A stretch of DNA of 64,000 bases from Treponema sp. GTDB lineage: Bacteria; Spirochaetota; Spirochaetia; Treponematales; Treponemataceae. Location: positions 98 through 64,097 of the forward strand of contig JAZLGB010000012.1 in the NCBI GenBank assembly GCA_045616085.1. Reading direction: 5' to 3'. Below the pieces are notes generated by a model. It had not been told where the DNA came from, made no database searches, and saw only the letters and a list, made by a program, of their open reading frames with translations. The translations under genes and the position numbers were made by a program. This document shows, piece by piece, positions 16,501 through 25,664 of this stretch (position 1 is the stretch's first letter; each line of letters begins with the position of its first letter).

Positions 16501-19500
16501 CCTAAATCAACAATTGAATATTATGGTACTTGCGATGGTGAAGACATTTTGTGTGTAACATCATCGGGAACTGTTAAAACCTATGAAAATCTTAAGATAA
16601 CAAAAACTGGAAACATGACTTTTAACAGTTCGGTAAATGCAACTTCTTTTGAAGATGTTTCGGCTGCTAAAGGTGTGTTCAAGAAAAATCTAAAATCAAT
16701 TTCTGATGTTGTGTTGAATGGAATCTGGGAATTTGGTGATTCAACTTCTGCTGCAGATGCAGTAAAAATAGAAGCAAATCTGAAAAACAAAGGAACAATT
16801 ACCTGTGTTTCAGAAGATGTGACAATTACAGGAAAATATAGTGGTGCCAGCGAATTTAATGCATCATCTAAAAACACAACTTTTAGTGGTGATGCAGATT
16901 TTTCAACAGGAACTTTTAATCATAACGGCGGAACTCTTTTGTTCAACGGTTCAAAATTAAAAGTGAACGACACTGTAACTACTTTTTATAACCTTGAAAT
17001 TGGTGCGAATTCTTCCGCTGAAAACTCATTTAATATAGAAGAAAACTTGATTTTTAACGCAAATTTTGAAGCTAAGGGAACAGTTAAATTTAATGGTGCC
17101 ACACAGGAACTTTCTGGTACAGGCACATTTAAATGTGGTGGTTTGGAATGTTCTTCTACAACTGGGCTAACAGTTAAAAACGATGCAATTTGCGGTCAGG
17201 TGAAGATCAATTCATCCTCATCTTTAAAATTGGAAAATATTAATCTTTCTGTTTCGGGTGATTTTTCTAACGAAGGAAATTTTGATGCTGGAACTTCCAA
17301 TGTTGAATTTATTGGAGCTTCGGATTCTGTGATTTCTGGCGAATCAACATTCTATAACCTTAAATGTGTTACGGCTGGAAAGACAATCAAATTTGCAACG
17401 GGAAAAACTCAGTCGGTTTCAAATAATCTTACGGTAAAAGGAACTGCTGTTAGTCCTGTAGAGGATTATTCAAAACATATTACTTTGATTTCGGATAGCG
17501 ATGGGGCGGCTTGGAATGTTGATTGTACAGGCGCTGCTGTAGACCTTAAGTATGTAAAGATGAAGGATTCTACAAACGTAACAAAAGTTTCCTCAGATCC
17601 TGGCGCAGATTATAAATTCCTTTCGGCCGTGTATTCATGGGACGATGGAAACAATGTTCGCTGGAATTTCCCTGGAATGCTTTATACCTGGACCGGAGAT
17701 GCTGACGCGGTTTGGCACAATAAGTTGAACTGGAATCCAAAGTCGATTCCGGGGGATGATTCTCGTGCAAAGATTCCTGATGTTTCTGCGGGTTCTAAGC
17801 CATTCCCAGAACTGGATTCGGCGGTAATATTGGCAAAAATTACAATTGACTCTGGTAGTTACGTAGATCTGAAAGGTAAAGATTTTACGATTACAGATAC
17901 TGCTTCGGAAAGTTATCTGAACAACGGAACTGTTAAATCCGCTGGATCAGAAACTGTCACATTGCCTTCTGGATCTGGCGCTGTAAAAGAAAACGGAACC
18001 TGGGAATATTATGCAGGAACTGTAAAGGCTATTTCTGGTCTTTCTTATAACAAGATTGAGATTACAGATGCCGTTGAAATTACTGGCTCTGTTACTGCAA
18101 AGGAATTCCGCATTTCTACAGATAAAGCTGTAACTTGTCAGGCGGCTTCTGTTGTGGATGCTCCTGTTGTTTTGAACGGGGAGCCTGCCGGGTATAGTTT
18201 TGACAATGCAGGTTTTGCGCTGGCTTTTAATGAAGCTATAACAACTGAAACATCGGGCGGGGCAGATTATTCTCTTAAGATTGGAGGAGCTGGAACTACA
18301 ACTTTTGGTGCAGATGTTTCTGTAAAAGAAGTTCTTTGTGATTCCCCTGTTAGCATCAAGAGTTCTGATGCCGATGGAATTGCAATTAAAACTTCTGGAA
18401 ATCAGACTTATAACAATACAATTACTGGAAATAGCAAGAGCCTTTCATTTGGTGCATCGAATGCAATGGCGGATGATCGAACTGTAACATTTAAGGCTGG
18501 AATTTCTGGCGTAAAAGTTCTTTCTGCTTATTATCCTGTTGTGTTTGACACTTCGAATGGGGATTTTGAAGTTGCTACAACTGGTGGAATTTTGTTGTGC
18601 AAAGATTCTTCGGTTGGTGGAACAAATGTTCTGACTGTGAACAGTCTTCTTGATGCAGGGGTATCTGGAACTGGCGTAAAATTTATTTCTGGTTCAGTTA
18701 GCAAAGCGCCTGGTCTTGTTTTGAAAAATAAAGTGGGCTCCAAAAAACCGTTTGGCGCAATTACGGCATATGGCAAAGTTGATTTGGATGTATTGACTGC
18801 CTTGGGTCAAAAGTCTGTGGTAACTTCTGGAAATCAGATTTATTACGGTGAAGTTGAAGCAAAAAAGGCTTCCGTTCTTGGGACCGGAACTTCTGGTGCA
18901 GTGCAGTTTGGAAACAATGTTTCCGGATCTGCCGTTACAATTCTTGCGGATGCTTATGTTTCTGATGCTGCTGAACTTTCTGCAACAACATTTACTGTCG
19001 GTTCAACAGGTGATGGCAATCAGAAAAACCTTCACATTTCTGCAGTAAATGGCGGTTCGGTAAAAACTGTAACAATTTCAAATCCTGTTGTGGTTAATGG
19101 AAATGCGATTTTCTACAGCGGAACTATTTCTGTAAACGCTAATCTTTCTGCAACACAAGATTTTATTGTGCTAGGGGAAAACTATTCCGAGATCGATTCT
19201 GCTGCTGACGGTAGTGGTGTAACAAATCTTTTTGCATACAACAATGCATTGCGCACAGCGGCAAATAAATGCGCCACAATTTCATACGGGGACTCGTATA
19301 AGACAGCTCTTCCTGATGGAACTTTGATTCCAACTGGAGCTGCGGGAAACAAATTTGGCACAACTTTGACAGTTGATTCTGGAAGAACAATCCAGGCGGG
19401 AAAGAATTTCTACGGAAACGGTACAACTTTGTCTGGATCGGCAGCCTGGTATCTTAAAGTTCTGGATAATGGTGATGCTACAAATGCTTTTGCAGAACTG

Positions 19501-22500
19501 TATAACAGTGCAATCAATAATTGTGAGGTTCGTGGAACTTCAAGTGATGCTGGTGCATGGCTTTCTGCCGCAGAAAATTGTTCAGGTACAGGCAATGTTC
19601 GCGTTGATTTCAATCGACCTGTAATCGCGGAAGCTTATACTGTTTTTGATGACGTAGTTTTCGTTCGATTTGTTGAATCAGGAGATGGAACTACAGCAAA
19701 GAAAATTGAAAACTCAAATAATGAAATTAATACTGCTGTTGGTCAGATAAAAAATAGTGCAGGCGTTTATGCTGCGGCTTTCACAGATGCGGATTGTACA
19801 AGTTCTACAGACGGAAAGGGTGACATTAGTGAGTTCTACCTAAAGTATTCTGGAAAATGGAATACTGATGCTACAGGAACATCTGAAGGACATGCCGAAA
19901 GTACAGATCGTTCTGGTGCGCATTACAATGTGAAACCATATTTGAACATTCCAAAAGCGCTGGATACTGTTTATGCAACCCTTCGGGATGAACATAAGTC
20001 TAGAATCAAGCATTATTCGGCAAGCGACATTTATACGGCCGTAAACGATAAGGCGGCTCCAGTTCTTATTGCTGTTAAGACAGGACAGGAAAAGCATGTG
20101 GCACCTGGAGTGTCTCAGACTAAGTACGACAGCCATAACTTTGTGGAATTTACATACTCGGAAGAAGTTGATTTTGGTGCATCGGTTCCTTTGTCTAGCG
20201 ATAACATTCAGGCAACTGCAACTCTTGGTGGAATTACAAACAACCCTTCTGGAATTACAGTTGCGGGACTTGGTACATTTGCTACAGGTCACCTTGAAAC
20301 TGGAACTGCCGGTACAGATGAAAATGTTTCTGTTCATTCTTTGTACAGAACTTTTGATTCTGGTGCTGGAATAAAAGATCAGACTCATAAAATCCGTTTT
20401 GGTGCAGCCTCTTATGTTGATTCGGCTGTGACAACTTCTGCCGGTTCTGTAAATCATTGGCTTGGCTACATAAAAAATGGAAGAATGCCTTCTGGTGTAG
20501 TAACTCGTGTTGCTAATCCACTGATCCTTGATGCCGCTGGGAATGTTCTTGAACATTCAGATGCCGGTCATAACACAAATCATGCTTTGCCGGCGTTAAG
20601 TCTCAATTCTTCTCTTCCATCTCCATCTGGAATTTATGGAGCCTGGGATCTTAGCGGGCCAACTTTTGCGCCTTACCATTCTAAGGTTACAGGACCTACT
20701 GATTCCTGTGAAGCCGTTGGTTATACAGACAATCCTTCCAGTGCCTACCTGGACCGTATTGAATTCCATGTTGTGGATAACGAAGCCAGTGAGAATGAAT
20801 GGTTTACCAAATTCGGATGGGCAGAAAATAACGGAAGTTCCACTCCTGTTGTTCCTGCAAAAGATAAAGCCGGTGGTGCAAAGCCTTTTGCCGATGCGTC
20901 GGAGCGTACGGTTGGTGGAATCAGATATAGTTCTTTATACGATAAAGTTTCTCACTTTGGATATTCTGTTGTTGGCGGAGTTGGTGGTCGTAGCTTTAAG
21001 GATCAGGCGGTTGGAAAAACTTCCAGCTCTTTGTTCCTTTCGGCTTCTGGCGGGGTTTCTGCGGTAGACGATTATGACAGCTTGTACTTTGCGTTAAAGC
21101 TTTCGGATTCAGATCTTCCTCTTAAGACAACTTTCGAGATTTCTTACGACGGAACTGGTTACATAACTGACCTTGCGGGAAATCTTTTGTTGCCTTCTGG
21201 TGCCAACATCAAATCTATTGACCGTGTTGCTCCAAACTTCAATATCAGCGTGGCTTCTGTTATGACTGACGGCGGAGTTTCTGGCGATGAAGTTTATATC
21301 GTTTTCTCTAAGGCTTTGCAGACTGGCACGTTCACAATTATGAATCCAGATTCGTCAACTATCACAATGAACGGTTTGGAAGCAATTCCTAACAGTTTGC
21401 GGATTGTAACTATTTCTTCCGATGGAGGTTCAGTTTCTCCTTCTGCGGATCTTCAGATAGATTCTTCTGTACCTGCAAGACTTGTTTTTGAAAACAAGGA
21501 CTATACCGGTCTTATCCTTAAATTGAATCGAGCAGTAACATTGGCTGACATGGAAAAATATTACATTCAGTGTAATGTTTCTTCTAAATCTCTTGATCCG
21601 GTATCAGGAACAGAAGCTTATGTAACTTACGTTCAGGATGAACTTGGAAACTACATGATGCAGAATGCGGCTCATGCTCTTACAGATTTTGCAGTAGGAA
21701 TTGTGACACCGGTTTACGCTTATGACAGCAGTTTGCGTGATAACGATGTTAATATCGGTCAGAACTATAAAGATGGAAGCTGGGCGGTTCATGACTGGGG
21801 ACGTAATCAGAAGAATTATGGATCTCTTGCTTATGGCTACGACATTTTCCTTTCTACAAAGTTGAATGACGGTTCCAGCGACGGTGTTTCTGAACTTCCA
21901 AGTTATATGGCTTTGTATATGGCTCCTTTGTCAAAGATTTCTGGTGCGGCTCTTTCTAGTGCTATAAATAAGAATGTTTGCTGCGGTTGGCGAATGTGGC
22001 TTCCAGATAAAACTGTGGATGGTTCGACTTATTCTGTTTTCGACGCCCTTACAGAAGAATGTAACCCTAATTACGGTATGATTTCTCTTCCAGTTGATAC
22101 AGAAGACCCATCTGTATTGAACTTCAGCTTTGACGAATTGAAATTTGATCCGTTTATCAAAACTGATGTTGGGGTTGATGGAACTGATCAGGTGCTTTTC
22201 ATGTTCGGACTTCAAAAGGATGCCTCAGGTACGCCTGTTACAATTTGTCATGCTCCGGATTATTCTGAAAGTACTGGAAAGTATACAATGACTCAGATGC
22301 CTCTTTTTACAGCAAGACTTGAGAATCCTTCGGATTTAACATCCCTTGATCTTTGGTCATTGCGCCTTAAGGACATTATTACTCAGAGAGGAAATGTAAC
22401 AATCCTTAACAATGTAATTAATGCTACAAACGGCGAAATTACAACAGTTAAAGTTAATATGCCTTCAGATGGCAATTTAAATGTAATGGTCATGACTCTC

Positions 22501-22674
22501 GATGGAAACATCATTCAGTATCTTCAGCACGGCCGAACTACTTCCGGTGAGCACAACTATACCTGGAACGGAACAACTAAATCCGGAAAGAAGGTTGCCC
22601 GCGGTCTGTACTTTGTACGCGTTTTCGGCAGCGGAATTGATGAGACTCGAAAGGTAATGGTTGTAAAAGAGTAG
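13594..22674 (+). CDS. Giant secreted beta-rich surface protein with C-terminal FlgD Ig-like domain
   Basis: AGGTGG SD then TTG 13594 (start uncertain); Sec signal ending CWG/A; six (T/S)xGxQxY repeats; three WxGx4Wx4NW motifs; tail WNG..KSGKKVARGLYFVRV...ETRKVMVVKE. Confidence 0.85.
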   Translation: MSRFFCAHNSVSRFVRVLVMGVVLVCVGGICWGAELTSTTGTKTIKDADDYILTTDVSIKLLEIENNSGKIVVDLQGNNLTITELRMGYYDIFTNFDGYVVFKDSVGGGSVEIGSINATAWNRKKTLEIQSPVTVTINTKLDSDTGGHGGSDAYLKIVGTGSLVVDGTIKGENYLNTSDIEANGSLSGTAIVASYTWTGATSTNWNVGSNWDSGSVPGVGATVIIPAVGTYPVSGAVLSLKNLTVAENASLKLSSGALTVSDSLISEGDVDVAGSVTVEGSLNSLGMLKSGSTISITGTSIISGTITSSGTQTYTGDVMLTGDTTLSAGTSKNIDFKGKVEGTGGSENLTITAKDALFTNNIGAVGNINITGNLGVNWTAVGVPAITCGNLIVSKNAMFRGAVSASSVKIDGEISFMDGSSITTSGTQEYGSAVLIEKDIEFKGTTVTFNGTVDTHSNGTSPKITITGNAVFGANVGYGKTVGDLTVSGTTTLKADVFFKAAGKKITFSKALDGDAAGRSLTTECQTITVSGLGITLPLKDINVKGALEVSSSASDGSIKCTDALSVSGNATVRGNVSAGSLSVTGVATIGERTASIDTGTGEQIYSNDVKINSTSGLEIKASKVTFSKKVNSYATSRNPNLTITADETIFGGIVGDTYPLGALSVSGISTISGNVTTVGDQTYVDKVTLAGAATFSAIKDDDVKTVTFGISGITSSIAVGSYGITLKSNAVIYGENVFKALTIDNSLIGSSTTVQFEGGKFQKIGTISAKGNSAVNTLTLGSTDTNKWKVYFTTKPNAESFDFTKISNSESVSSDGLSSRELEITPAAANVVDAAPTGPSAVNWFVHKYYWVGKIDAKWSTVSNWAYDEEGTLPAPVPGFEDATAEIIFKKVGNGKDLELADETVTVPAQLQLKKVTIEEDNRLGLAGYSLKVGSASRSFYNAGTIAIYGNQSGNVLESLSNGAIVQGPKSTIEYYGTCDGEDILCVTSSGTVKTYENLKITKTGNMTFNSSVNATSFEDVSAAKGVFKKNLKSISDVVLNGIWEFGDSTSAADAVKIEANLKNKGTITCVSEDVTITGKYSGASEFNASSKNTTFSGDADFSTGTFNHNGGTLLFNGSKLKVNDTVTTFYNLEIGANSSAENSFNIEENLIFNANFEAKGTVKFNGATQELSGTGTFKCGGLECSSTTGLTVKNDAICGQVKINSSSSLKLENINLSVSGDFSNEGNFDAGTSNVEFIGASDSVISGESTFYNLKCVTAGKTIKFATGKTQSVSNNLTVKGTAVSPVEDYSKHITLISDSDGAAWNVDCTGAAVDLKYVKMKDSTNVTKVSSDPGADYKFLSAVYSWDDGNNVRWNFPGMLYTWTGDADAVWHNKLNWNPKSIPGDDSRAKIPDVSAGSKPFPELDSAVILAKITIDSGSYVDLKGKDFTITDTASESYLNNGTVKSAGSETVTLPSGSGAVKENGTWEYYAGTVKAISGLSYNKIEITDAVEITGSVTAKEFRISTDKAVTCQAASVVDAPVVLNGEPAGYSFDNAGFALAFNEAITTETSGGADYSLKIGGAGTTTFGADVSVKEVLCDSPVSIKSSDADGIAIKTSGNQTYNNTITGNSKSLSFGASNAMADDRTVTFKAGISGVKVLSAYYPVVFDTSNGDFEVATTGGILLCKDSSVGGTNVLTVNSLLDAGVSGTGVKFISGSVSKAPGLVLKNKVGSKKPFGAITAYGKVDLDVLTALGQKSVVTSGNQIYYGEVEAKKASVLGTGTSGAVQFGNNVSGSAVTILADAYVSDAAELSATTFTVGSTGDGNQKNLHISAVNGGSVKTVTISNPVVVNGNAIFYSGTISVNANLSATQDFIVLGENYSEIDSAADGSGVTNLFAYNNALRTAANKCATISYGDSYKTALPDGTLIPTGAAGNKFGTTLTVDSGRTIQAGKNFYGNGTTLSGSAAWYLKVLDNGDATNAFAELYNSAINNCEVRGTSSDAGAWLSAAENCSGTGNVRVDFNRPVIAEAYTVFDDVVFVRFVESGDGTTAKKIENSNNEINTAVGQIKNSAGVYAAAFTDADCTSSTDGKGDISEFYLKYSGKWNTDATGTSEGHAESTDRSGAHYNVKPYLNIPKALDTVYATLRDEHKSRIKHYSASDIYTAVNDKAAPVLIAVKTGQEKHVAPGVSQTKYDSHNFVEFTYSEEVDFGASVPLSSDNIQATATLGGITNNPSGITVAGLGTFATGHLETGTAGTDENVSVHSLYRTFDSGAGIKDQTHKIRFGAASYVDSAVTTSAGSVNHWLGYIKNGRMPSGVVTRVANPLILDAAGNVLEHSDAGHNTNHALPALSLNSSLPSPSGIYGAWDLSGPTFAPYHSKVTGPTDSCEAVGYTDNPSSAYLDRIEFHVVDNEASENEWFTKFGWAENNGSSTPVVPAKDKAGGAKPFADASERTVGGIRYSSLYDKVSHFGYSVVGGVGGRSFKDQAVGKTSSSLFLSASGGVSAVDDYDSLYFALKLSDSDLPLKTTFEISYDGTGYITDLAGNLLLPSGANIKSIDRVAPNFNISVASVMTDGGVSGDEVYIVFSKALQTGTFTIMNPDSSTITMNGLEAIPNSLRIVTISSDGGSVSPSADLQIDSSVPARLVFENKDYTGLILKLNRAVTLADMEKYYIQCNVSSKSLDPVSGTEAYVTYVQDELGNYMMQNAAHALTDFAVGIVTPVYAYDSSLRDNDVNIGQNYKDGSWAVHDWGRNQKNYGSLAYGYDIFLSTKLNDGSSDGVSELPSYMALYMAPLSKISGAALSSAINKNVCCGWRMWLPDKTVDGSTYSVFDALTEECNPNYGMISLPVDTEDPSVLNFSFDELKFDPFIKTDVGVDGTDQVLFMFGLQKDASGTPVTICHAPDYSESTGKYTMTQMPLFTARLENPSDLTSLDLWSLRLKDIITQRGNVTILNNVINATNGEITTVKVNMPSDGNLNVMVMTLDGNIIQYLQHGRTTSGEHNYTWNGTTKSGKKVARGLYFVRVFGSGIDETRKVMVVKE

Positions 22675-22684
22675 GGTGTTTGCA

Positions 22685-22713
22685 TTGCCACCCGTATCAA
22701 TTCTCTTTATACT
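22685..22713 (+). promoter_or_regulatory. Sigma70 promoter
   Basis: TTGCCA-N17-TATACT, 9 nt before the ATG. Confidence 0.65.
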
Positions 22714-22722
22714 CATAGCACT

Positions 22723-23106
22723 ATGAATTCAAAAGAAAGACTTTCACAGCGTTTTGAAGATATCGGAAGATTCCTTGCACCGGAGTTGTGTGCCCTTCCA
22801 GGTGTTCTTGAAGACATCAGCCGTGAAGGTTGCAAAATCCGTTATTCTCTCCCAGTTGAACTTGATATGGACAACGACTATGAAGCTAAGCTTACATTTG
22901 CTCGTGCCGCAGCTGAAGGTCAGTTCACATTAGTTTGTCATCCTCAGTGGAAAAAGGAAGAAGATGACGACACAGTTATTGGATTTAAGATTCTTCCATC
23001 AACAGATTACACTCGTCTTGCAAAGTACATTGAGCAGCTTGATGATGATGCTTCCTCAGATGATCTTTCAGACGAAATCAGCGATTCATCATGTCAGATA
23101 ATTTAG
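22723..23106 (+). CDS. PilZ domain c-di-GMP-binding protein
   Basis: RxxxR (RLSQR) and DxSxxG (DISREG) motifs. Confidence 0.8.
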   Translation: MNSKERLSQRFEDIGRFLAPELCALPGVLEDISREGCKIRYSLPVELDMDNDYEAKLTFARAAAEGQFTLVCHPQWKKEEDDDTVIGFKILPSTDYTRLAKYIEQLDDDASSDDLSDEISDSSCQII

Positions 23107-24086
23107 TTTCAGAACCAAAAATCACAAAGCTTAAAGGTGCCGCTTTTCTCGCTTATCCAGAAATGGCTGGAATGCTTAAGACTGAACTTTCTGGTCGTCT
23201 TAATTTTAACTCAAAGCCAACTGCGGTTTACGGCGATCTTTTTTACTACGAAGATTTTCCAGTTGAATCAGTAAAAGATGCAAACGATCTTCCTTACTGG
23301 AGTCGTTCTACAATGCTGGAACCTGCTATGCTGGATTTTGAATCTATCGGTGAAGCCGCTAACGCTCTCAAGGCAATTCAGCGCAGCTGGGCTCCATATC
23401 AGTATCAGTATTTCCGTCGCGCTAACTTGATTCAGGAAAAGCTTCCTTATGTAAACCTCAAGGTAAGGAAATTTCCTGTAAAAATTCCAAACAGCCCAAT
23501 CGGTCTGTACACATTGATTACAGACAAGCAGATGATTTTTTCTGCAAAGACTTCCAGCTCAATTCCAGCCGGTCAGATTGTTTTTGAGGAAGACCACGAA
23601 AATCCACCAAGCCGCGCTTACCTTAAAATCCAGGAAAGTCTTACAATGGCAAACCTGCTTAACGGAACAGAACTTCCAAAAGCCGGCGAACATTGTTTTG
23701 AAGCCGGTGCCTGTCCAGGCGGTTGGACATGGGTTCTGGTAGGATTGGGCGCTTCTGTTCACGCAGTAGACCGTGCTGAACTTGCCCCAGATCTTATGGC
23801 AAATCCTTTGGTTCTGTTTCAGGCCCACGATGCATTTACTCTTAAGCCTCAGGACGTTGGTTACTGCGACTGGGTATTTAGCGATGTAATCTGTTATCCA
23901 GAACGCCTCTTAAAATGGGTTCACGAATGGTTGGACAGCGGTCTTTGCCGCAACATGATCTGCACCATCAAAATGCAGGGCGAACCAGAATGGAACATAA
24001 TCCGCCAGTTCGCCGAAATCCCAAACAGCAAAGTAGTCCACCTGAACTACAACAAACACGAACTCACCTGGATCCACACAGTTTAA
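23091..24086 (+). CDS. RlmM-like (FtsJ family) rRNA 2'-O-methyltransferase
   Basis: PSRAYLKIQE, EAGACPGGWT, AVDR, SDVICYP, TIK motifs. Confidence 0.8.
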   Translation: MSDNLVSEPKITKLKGAAFLAYPEMAGMLKTELSGRLNFNSKPTAVYGDLFYYEDFPVESVKDANDLPYWSRSTMLEPAMLDFESIGEAANALKAIQRSWAPYQYQYFRRANLIQEKLPYVNLKVRKFPVKIPNSPIGLYTLITDKQMIFSAKTSSSIPAGQIVFEEDHENPPSRAYLKIQESLTMANLLNGTELPKAGEHCFEAGACPGGWTWVLVGLGASVHAVDRAELAPDLMANPLVLFQAHDAFTLKPQDVGYCDWVFSDVICYPERLLKWVHEWLDSGLCRNMICTIKMQGEPEWNIIRQFAEIPNSKVVHLNYNKHELTWIHTV

Positions 24087-25432
24087 AACACCTTCTTCAT
24101 CAGTCCCCCAATATCCTTTACGCAGTCAATGCCGTCGCCGGCTTCCGCTGCAAGGATGTGGGTAAAACCTAAACCGTCGGCGGTTTTTGCTCGCTGCTTT
24201 ATTTTAGACACCGGACGCAATTCGCCAGAAAGGGTCAATTCTCCAAAAATAGCAGTTCCTACCGGAACCGGTTTGTCTGTAAGGGCAGAGTACATAGCCA
24301 CAGCCAGCGCACCATCCACGGCACTTTCGCTAAGCTTAATTCCACCTGCAACGTTAATATAAATGTCCTGGCCTATAAACTTTATGCCGGCCCGCTTTTC
24401 CAAAATTGCCGCAATTCTAGAAACCCTTGCGCTTTCGATCTTGTCGCTAAAAACTCTGGAAACCGAAGCCTTTGCAGGAGCTGTCAAAGCCTGAATTTCT
24501 ACCATAAAAACTCTGTTTCCTTCAAAGATTGCGGCACAGGCAACTCCCGCCGGCTGCACGTCACGTTTTTCCGAAAGGAACATGGTTGCTGGATTCAAAA
24601 CCGGAACCAGCCCATATTCAGTCATGTTAAAAATCCCCAGTTCATCCACAGATCCAAATCTGTTTTTCTGGGCATGTAAAAATCTTACGTCATCATTGTT
24701 GCGTTCAAAAGAAATCACAGTATCAACCATATGCTCCAAAGTCTTTGGTCCAGCAATAGTTCCTTCCTTTGTAACGTGGGCTGTCATAATCAAAACGGAA
24801 TCCCGTTCCTTTACCCAGGAAATCAATTCGTTTGAACAGTATTTAAGCTGACTTACAGTTCCAGGAACGATTCCCGCTTCTGCAGAATAAACCGTCTGAA
24901 TGGAATCAATTATTACCATGGCAGGATTAATCTTGTCTAATGCATCCAACATGTCTTCCAATCGCATTGTGCACAAAACTTCGATTCCCTTGCAGTTAAG
25001 CTTAAGTCGTTCAGCCCTTTCTTTGATCTGAGCTGCTGATTCTTCTCCGGAAATATAAAGAATGCGGCCAGGGGCTTTTTCCGCCATGCTTGCAGCAGTC
25101 TGGATCAAAAGTGTTGATTTTCCGATGCCTGGTTCGCCGCCCAAAAGAATAGCGGAACGCTTTGTGGCGCCACCGCCTAAAACCCGGTCAAATTCATTGA
25201 TTCCTGTAGAAAAGCGGCTGGAATCCTTTGCGTCTACAGTTTCAAGAGGAACTGGCTTGGCCTTTTCGCTGACCGCCGATCCTCTTCCCCCAGGAGTCAC
25301 AGCGTTTGAGTCAATAACGCATTCTTCCAGCGAATTCCATTCTCCGCATTCAGGGCATCGCCCAAGCCATTTTGGCTGGCTGTATCCGCAGTTTGAGCAT
25401 TTGTAAACGATTGAACCATTCTTTTTAGCCAT
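24083..25432 (-). CDS. radA: DNA repair protein RadA/Sms
   Basis: C4 Zn finger, GEPGIGKST, KNRFG, Lon-like C-terminus; GAGGA SD favours ATG 25432; stop overlaps the convergent stop (TTAA). Confidence 0.95.
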   Translation of the reverse strand: MAKKNGSIVYKCSNCGYSQPKWLGRCPECGEWNSLEECVIDSNAVTPGGRGSAVSEKAKPVPLETVDAKDSSRFSTGINEFDRVLGGGATKRSAILLGGEPGIGKSTLLIQTAASMAEKAPGRILYISGEESAAQIKERAERLKLNCKGIEVLCTMRLEDMLDALDKINPAMVIIDSIQTVYSAEAGIVPGTVSQLKYCSNELISWVKERDSVLIMTAHVTKEGTIAGPKTLEHMVDTVISFERNNDDVRFLHAQKNRFGSVDELGIFNMTEYGLVPVLNPATMFLSEKRDVQPAGVACAAIFEGNRVFMVEIQALTAPAKASVSRVFSDKIESARVSRIAAILEKRAGIKFIGQDIYINVAGGIKLSESAVDGALAVAMYSALTDKPVPVGTAIFGELTLSGELRPVSKIKQRAKTADGLGFTHILAAEAGDGIDCVKDIGGLMKKVF

Positions 25433-25443
25433 ATAATCCTCAT

Positions 25444-25480
25444 AGTTAATATAGCCGTTAAAGTAAAAAAAATGCAAAGT
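25444..25480 (-). promoter_or_regulatory. radA promoter resembling the rpn element
   Basis: ACTTTGCATTTTTTTTACTTTAACGGCTATATTAACT; TTGCAT-N18-TATATT. Confidence 0.55.
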
Positions 25481-25529
25481 TGAAAAGAAAAATCAGAATA
25501 AAAGTTATAAATAAACTGTTATATTTTAT

Positions 25530-25557
25530 TTGACAAATCTGAAATGTGTAGTAAAGT
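25530..25557 (+). promoter_or_regulatory. Sigma70 promoter of the candidate sRNA
   Basis: TTGACA-N16-TAAAGT. Confidence 0.55.
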
Positions 25558-25562
25558 TAACG

Positions 25563-25660
25563 TAGCTTGTAAATAAGCTGATAAACTCTCTCCGATTTGA
25601 CAGGGAAACCTGTCGCGAAGGCTCTGGATAACGTTGTTGTTCGGAGCCTTCGTTTTTTTT
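25563..25660 (+). ncRNA. Candidate small RNA (~98 nt)
   Basis: Promoter, hairpin, CU-rich linker, GACAGG-GAAA-CCTGTC hairpin, 17-bp terminator plus T8; no + strand gene follows. Confidence 0.55.
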
Positions 25661-25664
25661 ATCC

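Noticed and set aside
1466-22674. Possible diversity-generating retroelement, invertase shufflon or CRISPR array acting on the giant genes
   Set aside because: No reverse transcriptase, recombinase, TR/VR pair or spaced direct repeats were visible.
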